DNA from: a virus
Length of the DNA stretch: 64,000 nucleotides
Reading direction: 5' to 3' (one strand)
IMG/VR virus record: IMGVR_UViG_3300036802_000013
Span: 306-64,305 of that record
A program made the position numbers and the translations under genes. Shown here one piece after another: positions 55,719 to 64,000 of the stretch. Every line of letters starts with the position of its first letter. Positions within the stretch are counted from its first letter, which is position 1. The notes under the pieces were generated by a model that ran no database searches, was not told the origin of the DNA, and saw nothing but the letters and a program-made list of their open reading frames with translations.

Positions 55719-56057
55719 TTGCAGCAGGACGTACAGCAAGGCGAGGTATTTCTAAAGTTCTTCGTAGGCGCACGTAATGGACTTATGGCGCATTTAGGGT
55801 CGGATTTATGGCATGTGTATTGCGCACTAGCTACCTATATGGATAAGGACGGCGTATGCTATCCGACGCAGAAGCGACTAGCAAAAGACTTAGGCATAAG
55901 AAGGGAAGCAGTCAATAGACGAGTTAAGAAGCTGCTGGAAGTCGAGTGGAAGGGCGAAAAGCTCGTAACAGTTGAGAAGCACCGAGACACACGTACGCAA
56001 GCATATGCGAACACAGTATACAAACTAAATACGAATCTAGCTTTCCGTATATTCTAG
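55719..56057 (+). CDS. Replisome-organiser-type HTH protein
   Basis: VY..LA.Y...G.CYPTQ..LA..LG..R..V.R...KL ... N.Y. Confidence 0.75.
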   Translation: MQQDVQQGEVFLKFFVGARNGLMAHLGSDLWHVYCALATYMDKDGVCYPTQKRLAKDLGIRREAVNRRVKKLLEVEWKGEKLVTVEKHRDTRTQAYANTVYKLNTNLAFRIF

Positions 56058-56061
56058 GAGC

Positions 56062-56156
56062 TTGTGCGGTCTAGCTAACATGGCTCAAACGCACACTAAC
56101 TAGAACCATCTTTATAACTATAGCTATATAAATACTACTGCGTAAAGAAACGCAGA
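56062..56156 (+). other. Putative lytic replication origin
   Basis: TGTGCG...CGCACA dyad plus AT-rich tract directly after the HTH initiator; duplicated, inverted, at 27495-27607. Confidence 0.5.
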
Positions 56157-56174
56157 GATATATACGAGAGTATA

Positions 56175-56203
56175 CCAATAAATAAAGATCAGTGCGCCAA
56201 TGG
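56175..56203 (+). promoter_or_regulatory. Phage-specific promoter motif (variant)
   Basis: ccaa-N15-gcgccaatgg. Confidence 0.5.
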
Positions 56204-56225
56204 AAACGAAAGGGAGGACGATAAC

Positions 56226-56600
56226 ATGGCAAAGCCAAAGTTACCACCTGCGAAAGATTGGCAGGCACGAAATATAGAAGATTGGAATACACATACGTTC
56301 TTTGCGTATTTACAACATGCGCACCGAGAGCGCCGAGGTATCGACTATTACGCAGCAAAAGGCATCAAAGTAGATTTAGCGTTAATTAAGAAGAATTTCG
56401 AAGAACACGGTAAGGAGCTAACGAAACTCTTCATTGACAAATGTTTAAAAGAGTATACGGGTTCGAAGCAATATATGGTGTGTACGTTTTGGTTTATGCA
56501 TACCTTCATGAAAGCGCAAATTATGCCGCAGCTACAAATCGAACAGCAGCGAGCGCAGGACATGGCGCAAGAAGAAGACTACGACGAGGTGGCATTCTAA
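56226..56600 (+). CDS. Hypothetical replication-associated protein
   Basis: Between the initiator HTH gene and the loader; RBS GGAGG. Confidence 0.65.
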   Translation: MAKPKLPPAKDWQARNIEDWNTHTFFAYLQHAHRERRGIDYYAAKGIKVDLALIKKNFEEHGKELTKLFIDKCLKEYTGSKQYMVCTFWFMHTFMKAQIMPQLQIEQQRAQDMAQEEDYDEVAF

Positions 56601-56803
56601 TGAACGATATTAGAGAACGATTAAAGCCAGCATATGCCGCAGTAGAAGCGGAGTACGACATGGTAGCAGGTAAGCAAAGAAAGCTATATCTGCAATATAA
56701 AGAGACGGGAGACACTAGCTACTTAAAGGCTTATAACGACCTTTCATACGCAGAGGAACATCTAGGCAAACTAGTGGATTCATTCGAAAAGGTTATGAAA
56801 TAG
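56600..56803 (+). CDS. Hypothetical protein
   Basis: TAATG coupling; RBS GAGGTG. Confidence 0.55.
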   Translation: MNDIRERLKPAYAAVEAEYDMVAGKQRKLYLQYKETGDTSYLKAYNDLSYAEEHLGKLVDSFEKVMK

Positions 56804-56814
56804 GAGGCGATAAA

Positions 56815-57585
56815 GTGGAAAAGGGCATTTTAAGATATGCGCTGCACGACAACGTAGAGAAAGCCGACTTACTGCCGCACTATATCGCCCTTCATGGGCT
56901 TAGTGGCAAAGGTGGACGAGTTAAGGCGGCAAACGTACCGAAACAGTACCGAGACGCACTAGTAACGGACAGTATCGTACGAGAAAGTGAGCCAGCCGTA
57001 TACAAAGCGCTGGACAGATATATTAAAACGTTCGTACGTCAATTCGGCAGCGACGAGCAAATTATGGGACTGTACCTATACAGCCCGACGACAGGAAACG
57101 GAAAGACTACGACAGCGTGCGCACTATTAAACGAATACATAGTACGCCATTACGTCGGCAGTATCAAACGAGGCTTACAACCTTCTTCACAGCCTGCATT
57201 CTTCTTCGATGCGAACGAGTGGCACACGTTGTACACACAGTTCACTAGACAAAATGTACCACGGCATATAGCAGAAGAGGCAGCAGCGGAATTTTACCGC
57301 CGAGAGAAGATAGCACGTACCGTACCATTTTTAGTAATGGACGATATCGCCGTACGAGAAGATGTTACCGAAGCCTTCCGTATGGACTTGCACCGACTAA
57401 TTAACTACCGAAACGTCGAAGAGTTACCGACGATTTATACAAGTAACGTACCGCTAAAAGAACTAGCTCGCATTTACAACGACCCACGATTACCCGACCG
57501 TATTCGTGACATGACGCAGCAGCTAACATTCACAGGCGAGAGTAAGAGGGGGAGACGAAATGGACAAAACACAAAATCAGCGTGA
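56815..57585 (+). CDS. DnaC/IstB-like helicase loader ATPase
   Basis: TGNGKT, LVMDDI, TIYTSN, DRI, G.SKR. Confidence 0.85.
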   Translation: MEKGILRYALHDNVEKADLLPHYIALHGLSGKGGRVKAANVPKQYRDALVTDSIVRESEPAVYKALDRYIKTFVRQFGSDEQIMGLYLYSPTTGNGKTTTACALLNEYIVRHYVGSIKRGLQPSSQPAFFFDANEWHTLYTQFTRQNVPRHIAEEAAAEFYRREKIARTVPFLVMDDIAVREDVTEAFRMDLHRLINYRNVEELPTIYTSNVPLKELARIYNDPRLPDRIRDMTQQLTFTGESKRGRRNGQNTKSA

Positions 57586-57862
57586 AATGACTGCACGTAA
57601 TGCGGAAAACTTTCACAATCAACTAATGGAGGTAGGAAAACTATGCGCTCGTGGCTCGGGGAAATTCAACATTCAAATGCTGGAAGCGGCACGGCTCGCT
57701 ATAGAGCTGGGGATGTCAGTGGGGGAATCTAGCGAGGCAGCTCGAATCATGGCGCAAGAATTAGGGAATCCGTATGCAATTCCAAAAGAAGATCATAAGC
57801 AGCGAAAAGCAAATCACCGAGCTTTTATTAAGAAGCACAACGGAAAGCGAGGGCATTACTAA
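57560..57862 (+). CDS. Hypothetical protein
   Basis: Coupled ORF. Confidence 0.55.
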   Translation: MDKTQNQREMTARNAENFHNQLMEVGKLCARGSGKFNIQMLEAARLAIELGMSVGESSEAARIMAQELGNPYAIPKEDHKQRKANHRAFIKKHNGKRGHY

Positions 57863-58071
57863 TGCGTAAATTCGAACTAGAAACACTAGACGAAATCGAA
57901 TCGTTATACATGTGGGCTGATAGAAGAGCGCACGGAGAAGAAGGAAAGCGAACATTAACAAGAAAGCAAACGCAGTATGTAATAACGGAATTTAAGAAGT
58001 TAGCAAAACGATATATCGAGATTAAGGAGGCGGCGCAGTATGTCGAGAACGGGCGAGAAGCTGCTAAGTAA
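57862..58071 (+). CDS. Hypothetical protein
   Basis: TAATG coupling. Confidence 0.55.
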   Translation: MRKFELETLDEIESLYMWADRRAHGEEGKRTLTRKQTQYVITEFKKLAKRYIEIKEAAQYVENGREAAK

Positions 58072-59398
58072 AATCATTCAAACAAATGACCCACAAGCAG
58101 TAATCCGTTTCAATTTACGAAGCGACCACTTCCGTACAGACCCCGAACGCAAAGTACTGCGATTCATTAAGGACTATGCGGAGAAGAACCGAAACCAAGC
58201 ACCAGCCTACGATACAGTAGTCGAGCGAGTTGTCGAGTTCAATTATGAGCCGAATGTGGGAGACAGCTACGAGTATCTTGTTAATGACTTGAAAGGGTCG
58301 AACGCAAAATACGGATACTTACAGCTGCTACAAGGCGCAGCAAGTGCGAAGTTTAACGAGCTATCAGATAGCGACGGGATAGCGTACGGGCAATGGCTTG
58401 CCGAGCAGGTAGCGAATGTCTTAGATATGAATAACATCGGCGGGAAAATCGGCGTAGATGCGAAGATAGATATAGAAGACTTCTTAGCAGAGTACAAGCG
58501 CCGCAAGGACGGCGATAGCTTTAAGGTATGGCTATCTAAGTTCAACGAGATTAACGAAGCCATAGGCGGCTATTTCAGCGGCAATATGTATACGTACTAC
58601 GGACGCTCGGGGCGTGGTAAGTCAGCGACGACACTTGCCGAAGTAGTAGAAATGGGAATGCAAGGCGCTAACGTTTTAATATGGGCGCTGGAAATGTCCA
58701 AGTATGAAGTACTCGTACGTATCTATAGTTTAGTGGCTGCGAGAAGTAAGGTATTCAAAACTAAGGTAAAGGGCGTCGAGTATGGCGCAGGATTCAATAC
58801 GAAGCATCTACTAATGGGTGAATTATCCGAAACACACGAGGGTCATTTCGAACATTTCCTAAAGAACATCAACGACTACATTACAGGCAATATCGTAGTT
58901 CGTGGAGTGGATTGTGAAAATTTCATTGACCGTAGTGTAAAAGCATTAGAGAAAGATATCATTAACAGCAAGGCGGACGTAGTGCTAGTAGACCCGTTCT
59001 ATTACATGCGCACACCTAAGAACGACAGCGGCGTAAATGGTGGGAACTACGCAGCCCTTTCGATGCAGCTACGAGCATTAGCAGGACGTACGAAAACTGT
59101 ACTAATGGTAATCACGCAGGCAGAAGAGACGAAGGACGAGCAGGACAAAGACACCGAAGAGCGCATACTAAGACCGCCAATGCGAGCGGAGATTAAGAAA
59201 ACGAAATCCGTACTAGAGGATGCTACGAATACCTTCGGTATAGATACGCTGGACGGCGAGGGCATTATAAAACTCGGCAAAGGGCGTAACGGAGGCGAGG
59301 GAACAGTAGTTAATCTTATATACCTAGCGGGGTATGGAATCATAGAACAAATGCCAACAGGCGCAGCAGCAGCCGAGGCACTAAAAGACGAATGGTAG
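58040..59398 (+). CDS. DnaB-like replicative helicase
   Basis: GRSGRGKS, ALEM, VLVD, ITQ, K.RNG. Confidence 0.88.
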   Translation: MSRTGEKLLSKIIQTNDPQAVIRFNLRSDHFRTDPERKVLRFIKDYAEKNRNQAPAYDTVVERVVEFNYEPNVGDSYEYLVNDLKGSNAKYGYLQLLQGAASAKFNELSDSDGIAYGQWLAEQVANVLDMNNIGGKIGVDAKIDIEDFLAEYKRRKDGDSFKVWLSKFNEINEAIGGYFSGNMYTYYGRSGRGKSATTLAEVVEMGMQGANVLIWALEMSKYEVLVRIYSLVAARSKVFKTKVKGVEYGAGFNTKHLLMGELSETHEGHFEHFLKNINDYITGNIVVRGVDCENFIDRSVKALEKDIINSKADVVLVDPFYYMRTPKNDSGVNGGNYAALSMQLRALAGRTKTVLMVITQAEETKDEQDKDTEERILRPPMRAEIKKTKSVLEDATNTFGIDTLDGEGIIKLGKGRNGGEGTVVNLIYLAGYGIIEQMPTGAAAAEALKDEW

Positions 59399-59409
59399 GG
59401 GGAAAGTAA

Positions 59410-59883
59410 ATGGCAATAGTAATTATTTTCATCGGAGTAATCGTGGCAGGGGTGGCTCTCGCCGTATGGTCTGACTCGGACATATTAGGACTCTTAGGCG
59501 CAATTGCCGTAGGTGTATTACTTACGATATTAACGGGGGTACTCGCAGATCACGCCGACTACAAGGTCGAAAAGGAAGTAACCGAGCTAGTAGCGTTAAA
59601 CGACGGCAGTATGTTCTTAGGTATGGGACGAAGAGAGGACGAACTAACTTACAACTATGCGATTAAGAAAGGCGAAGGCTATGCAATCGACTATATCGAA
59701 GCAGACCAAGTAGAAGAGCTTCGCTACATTAAGGACAGCTCAAAGCCACGTATCGAAACGAGTACGCAAGTATATACGAATAGTTTCGTTAGCTTTTTAT
59801 TAGCGGGACTAGAATCAGAAAAAACGTACATCTACGTACCGAAAGGTACAGTACAAGAAACTTACAAAGTAGACTTAAATTAG
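59410..59883 (+). CDS. Membrane protein (2 TM plus soluble domain)
   Basis: Hydrophobic N-terminus. Confidence 0.65.
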   Translation: MAIVIIFIGVIVAGVALAVWSDSDILGLLGAIAVGVLLTILTGVLADHADYKVEKEVTELVALNDGSMFLGMGRREDELTYNYAIKKGEGYAIDYIEADQVEELRYIKDSSKPRIETSTQVYTNSFVSFLLAGLESEKTYIYVPKGTVQETYKVDLN

Positions 59884-59897
59884 GAGGACGAGAAACT

Positions 59898-60872
59898 ATG
59901 GCAGTTATCAGTATTAAAGGACGAGAGGTAGACGTAGATATCGAAAAGGAGCTAGACCAATTCGTATGGAATCGTGCGAAGTGGGGTACTGACAGATTAA
60001 TAGCGTGTAGCCCGTTCCGTTATGATAGCTCGCCAAGTTTCTACGTTTACTTAGAAGATACGGCGACGGCTTTCGCAGGATCGTGGGGAGATAGTGGAGG
60101 CGGTCAATTTCAGAAGGGACACTTTACGCAGTTACTATCTTTCTTAAAGGATTGTAGCGAAGAGGAAATAATCGACTACTTACTAGAAGAGTATGCGAGT
60201 GACTGGGACGGCGAAAGTAAGTTAATCTTAGACCTATCTCGCCTAAAGGTTCGTGGTAAAACTTACGGACTAGATAAGGCACTAATTGAAGGATTTACGG
60301 GAGTAAGCGAATACTTACGAGGTCGTGGCATTACGGACGAAGTACAGGCGCTCTATAACGTCGCATACGACCCCGAAAATAGTCTCGTAATGTTTCCGTA
60401 CCTAACGCCAAACGGACGCCTAGCAGCGCTAAAGAAGCGTCGTACAGACTCGAAAATGTTCTTTTATGCAGGTGGTGGCGTACCGATGCGTGAGCTAGTG
60501 TATGGTATTGATTTAGCGCATAGAGACGGCATTAAAACGGCAGTCTTGACAGAAGCGGAAATTGATGCTATGTACGCTACGAGCTGCACAGGTATCTTAG
60601 GTATTGGCGTCGGAACGTCGAGCCTATCAGACGAGAAGGTATCGGTTATTATGCGTAGCCCACTCGAAGAGATCATAATCGCCAGCGATAACGACGAAGC
60701 AGGCGAGAAGCTAAAGAGACAGGCTGTAGCAAAACTTAGCGGAATTGTCAAGCTCTACGAAATCGACATGCCCGAAGGGTGTAAAGATTTAAACGACATG
60801 ACACCCGAACAAGTACGAGAAGTAATCGCAAATAAAAAAGCCCTAGTACCTACGTTGTTTAATGCAGCGTAA
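59898..60872 (+). CDS. DNA primase (TOPRIM)
   Basis: CSPF..D..PSF, YL..RGI, TEAEIDA, DND.AG, KD.ND. Confidence 0.88.
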   Translation: MAVISIKGREVDVDIEKELDQFVWNRAKWGTDRLIACSPFRYDSSPSFYVYLEDTATAFAGSWGDSGGGQFQKGHFTQLLSFLKDCSEEEIIDYLLEEYASDWDGESKLILDLSRLKVRGKTYGLDKALIEGFTGVSEYLRGRGITDEVQALYNVAYDPENSLVMFPYLTPNGRLAALKKRRTDSKMFFYAGGGVPMRELVYGIDLAHRDGIKTAVLTEAEIDAMYATSCTGILGIGVGTSSLSDEKVSVIMRSPLEEIIIASDNDEAGEKLKRQAVAKLSGIVKLYEIDMPEGCKDLNDMTPEQVREVIANKKALVPTLFNAA

Positions 60873-60888
60873 GCGCTAGGGCTTTTTA

Positions 60889-61335
60889 CTATAATGGCTT
60901 CGATGGAAACACCTGCACGGCGAACCAAAAGCCTGTAACGAAAAGTATTGTAGCTAGTACAACGAAGAAGCGCACTAATGTACGCCCTATTTTTTCGTCT
61001 GTAAAGGTAACGGTACAACCCCTGCCACGAACCCACCACACGATATATGTACAGTAAGTCTGTATTATCTGCTTCATATTTCTAGGGTATGCGTATAAGG
61101 TGAATCCTTTTTCCGAGTTATCGTTAACACGGATTAGCGCTGCGCCCTTCGCTCGTTTATCGAAGTAGACATTAAGTATTATCCGAGCGCCCACTAGTGT
61201 AGCAAGTATAAAAGCGAATGCTGCACCTGCTGTAAAGATTAGCAAATTCTTAAATATCATCGCACCCTCGTATCCAAAATGAGTTGCGATAAAATGCATA
61301 AATAGCGTTCGCTCTGCCTCTAAGAAGTTAAACAA
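60889..61335 (-). CDS. Membrane protein co-transcribed with the repressor
   Basis: Two TM segments; directly downstream of the XRE gene. Confidence 0.6.
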   Translation of the reverse strand: MFNFLEAERTLFMHFIATHFGYEGAMIFKNLLIFTAGAAFAFILATLVGARIILNVYFDKRAKGAALIRVNDNSEKGFTLYAYPRNMKQIIQTYCTYIVWWVRGRGCTVTFTDEKIGRTLVRFFVVLATILFVTGFWFAVQVFPSKPL

Positions 61336-61347
61336 GTACCATTACCT

Positions 61348-61785
61348 CTATTCTTTTCCGTCCACTGACTCTCTATATAATTCGAGAACTCTACTATAGA
61401 AGTCGTCTTTCTCATCTTCGGTCAGCTTCGTTGTATTTTTGATATCATAAATCATGCGTAATACGTCCGCCCTTTCCGAGAGGTCTTCGACTACACTAAT
61501 TGGAGCTTTCTTGTATGCCGCCGCTAGTTCGCTTTCATCTATCCCGTATGCCTTCGCCATATCGTGCATAATTAGGGAGGATGGAGATTTTAAAGCACGT
61601 TCTACCTCGCTTAGAAACGTAAAGCTCATGCCTATGTGCATAGCCGCATCTTTAAGCGTCCACCCTTTCATGTCACGGGCGTTGCGCAAGAGTCGTGCTG
61701 GTGCTAAGTACTCGTCTTTCGGTGATAAGTCCGAGCTGCTTTTTCGTTTTTTACTTGCTTTTTTCTCTGCTTTTTCGTTTGTCAT
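61348..61785 (-). CDS. XRE/CI-like repressor
   Basis: LRNAR..KGWTL...A..IG.S..FLS.VER...SPS. Confidence 0.85.
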   Translation of the reverse strand: MTNEKAEKKASKKRKSSSDLSPKDEYLAPARLLRNARDMKGWTLKDAAMHIGMSFTFLSEVERALKSPSSLIMHDMAKAYGIDESELAAAYKKAPISVVEDLSERADVLRMIYDIKNTTKLTEDEKDDFYSRVLELYRESVDGKE

Positions 61786-61962
61786 AACAATTCACTCCTT
61801 TTATAATAATAGCCGAATCTCTCTAAACATTACAATGTCCAAATGATGGGATTCTTTACGCTGCTTGTGAAAAAAATAATGGTAAAATTGGTAAGACTTT
61901 CATAGTGAAAGATGTATGCACTACGCCTTTACAAAGGTTTCATAGTTTGTTACAATGAATAA

Positions 61963-62652
61963 TGTTAACTAGGTTACTAGTTTGTGATTTTTATTACGCA
62001 GTCAGCGGAAATAGTGACAAAATAAAAACTAGATACATAAGGCTAACCACCTAGTATTTAGCGGATATAATACGATATATAAAGTGAAAGTTGCGTGTAA
62101 CTCTAACCAAGTTATGCGTAACGTTTTGTGATCTATAATTCATTTATTTTTACATACGAAATTACATATTTAATACAATGGGAAAGTAGCGCCACCACAG
62201 CGCCACTCTCATAATGTTACACCGTTACACCACAACAGTACTTTGCTACAACTCACCACAAGTAAATAGCGAAAGCAGGCGTACACCACACGTCTATTTG
62301 CTTTCACCACAAAAGCGATAAGGACGTGTATTTTAAAAGCGACCTTCGGTACGCTTGTTTGAGTGTGCCTATTTGTGTATTACGGAAAAGGTTTGTCTAG
62401 CGTGTAAGCACTAAAATGTCGATATGGTATGCAGCGTTTAAATACGTGCGCCCATACGTGCCTTAAAGTACCTTACACTTCACATTATATACACAAGTCG
62501 TAATATTGTTAAGAGGAACGCCCGTTCTATTTGGTAATATTTACGCATCTTGCGTAATTTCCCCGTAATATTTGATCTATTTACTTCCAATTTTCGGAGG
62601 GTAAGCGAAGCGCTAGAACACTAGTGCTATCAACGCTTGCCCTCTTTTTTTT
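61963..62652 (+). ncRNA. Candidate multi-hairpin regulatory RNA or attenuator leader
   Basis: Promoter TTTACA-17-TACAAT (61928-61956); seven hairpins with ACCA-containing loops; cUUCGg hairpin; terminator 62597-62652; no long ORF. Confidence 0.6.
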
Positions 62653-62727
62653 GTCCTCTATTTCGCATGAAGCGGAAGTCTAAAAACTATTTTAAAAAAC
62701 TTTTTTAAAAAAGTACCAAACCCAGTA

Positions 62728-62756
62728 CCAAGATTTCTCGAACGCAGCGCCTAGAG
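62728..62756 (+). promoter_or_regulatory. Phage-specific promoter motif upstream of the sigma-like gene
   Basis: ccaa-N15-gcgcctagag. Confidence 0.7.
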
Positions 62757-62797
62757 ATACGAAGACACAACTACATAAACTTTCGGAGGTTATATAA

Positions 62798-63418
62798 ATG
62801 ACAAACTTAAATCAATTAGCAGTAGCAGCAAAAGAAAGCGAAATCGCATTATGGGAGATTAAAGCGCACTTCATGCCGCTAATCGAACGCTTAACATCAG
62901 ACAATTGGCACAAGATGAATAACGAAGTTAATTTTATGGACGACTGTTACCGTCGAATTGAATACGCAGTACGTTCTTACGACCCTATAAAGGGAGCGTT
63001 CGAAGGACGAGTACAGTCACTACTACAGCAAGGCATACGCCAATACTGCGGTAATCGAGGTGGAAAGCGTAAAGTACTAGATTCAATGGAGTATTTAGTA
63101 GAGCGCACGGTTAAGTCCGCTACTAAAGAAGGGAGTCCCGACCAGCTTACAGGGTTCGACGTTACATCGGAAGAGCAAAGCATAGAAGACCAAGTAATAG
63201 AAAACATAACGAGCGAAGAGTTAACGAAGAAGTACGGCGAGAACGACATGGACAAGCTAATACTCGAAATAATATTTAACGCAGATGAAGCGATTAACCA
63301 AAGTGAGATAACGAGAAAGCTAGCTGAAAAGACAGGGCGCACATTCGATAGCGCACGAGGCGCAGTACGCTCGTTCATAAAGAGAAAGAAAGCGCAGGTA
63401 ACTACTAATGCAGCTTAA
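62798..63418 (+). CDS. Phage sigma-factor-like protein
   Basis: Region-2-like A...YDP.KG.F.......I..Y; C-terminal HTH-like segment; 206 aa. Confidence 0.6.
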   Translation: MTNLNQLAVAAKESEIALWEIKAHFMPLIERLTSDNWHKMNNEVNFMDDCYRRIEYAVRSYDPIKGAFEGRVQSLLQQGIRQYCGNRGGKRKVLDSMEYLVERTVKSATKEGSPDQLTGFDVTSEEQSIEDQVIENITSEELTKKYGENDMDKLILEIIFNADEAINQSEITRKLAEKTGRTFDSARGAVRSFIKRKKAQVTTNAA

Positions 63419-63938
63419 ATATACATACCACGCAATAAAAGAAATGCGAGAAGAGTTAGATAAGGATAACGGGTACGGCGCACCGAGACTAACAGACGAA
63501 CAAGTAAGAAGAACTATTAACGAACACATGGAGAAGGCGACTTTTATAAGTAAGATCATGGGCGCAAACAAGAAAGTAGACCGCCTATTCGCACACCGTC
63601 GCTATTGTTTCGTACTGGACTTACATGAAGACGTAGTTATCACGGTATATCGTCGTGAGTTTGCAGCAGGAGAGCTTCGGGACTTAATACGACCGTTGCT
63701 TTTCGAAAAGTTGGACAAATTACACGCAGAAGAGGCGGAGCTAGAGAACCAGCGCATATCCGCAGACATGGCGTATCTAATGACTCAACAACTTAATGCG
63801 AAAATGGGAGGCGCTTGTTTCGAGAATCAAGTGCGGGAAGCTATCGCAAGGCAAGAACTAAAGGCAGTAACTCGCAAGCTCTACGAGTTTCGCATAGAGA
63901 AAAGCAAGATAGCGAAAGGTATTGCCCTTTTCATATAA
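63408..63938 (+). CDS. Hypothetical protein (RelE-like beta/alpha N-terminus possible)
   Basis: T.HA...M.E ... VVITVY pattern plus coiled coil. Confidence 0.55.
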   Translation: MQLKYTYHAIKEMREELDKDNGYGAPRLTDEQVRRTINEHMEKATFISKIMGANKKVDRLFAHRRYCFVLDLHEDVVITVYRREFAAGELRDLIRPLLFEKLDKLHAEEAELENQRISADMAYLMTQQLNAKMGGACFENQVREAIARQELKAVTRKLYEFRIEKSKIAKGIALFI

Positions 63939-63953
63939 ATTTTCGATTTTTAA

Positions 63954-63982
63954 CCAATTGAGCGTACATGCTGCGCCTAGAG
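63954..63982 (+). promoter_or_regulatory. Phage-specific promoter motif
   Basis: ccaa-N15-gcgcctagag. Confidence 0.7.
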
Positions 63983-64000
63983 AAATGAAGGGCGAGGCGT

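Noticed and set aside
62190-62315. CRISPR-like array
   Set aside because: The repeat is only 7 nt with irregular spacing, the intervening sequence forms stems, and no cas genes are present (8072 is a generic PD-(D/E)xK nuclease)
61348-63418. Arbitrium (aimR-aimP-aimX) system
   Set aside because: No TPR receptor or signal-peptide propeptide gene in the window
1-64000. tRNA or rRNA genes
   Set aside because: No cloverleaf with a T-loop GTTCRA and matching stems found by eye in intergenic regions; tRNAscan-SE would be needed to exclude them

Overview
A 64-kb portion of a Bacillus (probably B. cereus group, judged from the endolysin SH3 domain) tailed phage with a siphovirus-type morphogenesis module. 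It also carries plasmid-type functions: a Rep-like protein, ParM/ParR, a stand-alone tyrosine resolvase and HicAB. No full-length integrase is present in the window, so it probably lysogenises as a plasmid. Gene order: SSB end; a family A DNA polymerase split into two genes around a Mom-like gene; nucleases; nucleoside salvage genes (NupC, dNK, TK, dNMP kinase, NDT); an array of single-gene accessory cassettes (HicAB, ArdA, 2OG-Fe oxygenase, GIY-YIG pair); a repeat-rich non-coding region; Rok-like and Tad2 genes; packaging, head, tail and lysis genes; plasmid maintenance; lytic replication; XRE repressor; sigma-like factor. The most unusual content is non-coding: (1) a ~190-nt minus-strand sRNA candidate (51860-52050) with segments antisense to the leaders/RBSs of several accessory genes; (2) a ~690-nt structured RNA (61963-62652) between repressor and sigma gene with seven hairpins showing ACCA-containing loops; (3) a fixed-spacing promoter-like motif CCAA-N15-GCGCCTA(G/T)AG in 17 copies; (4) conserved promoter-operator-hairpin-RBS-terminator cassette borders; (5) a covarying two-copy leader RNA motif; (6) a 41-bp origin-like element present twice in inverted orientation. 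All calls come from reading motifs by eye; no database search was run.
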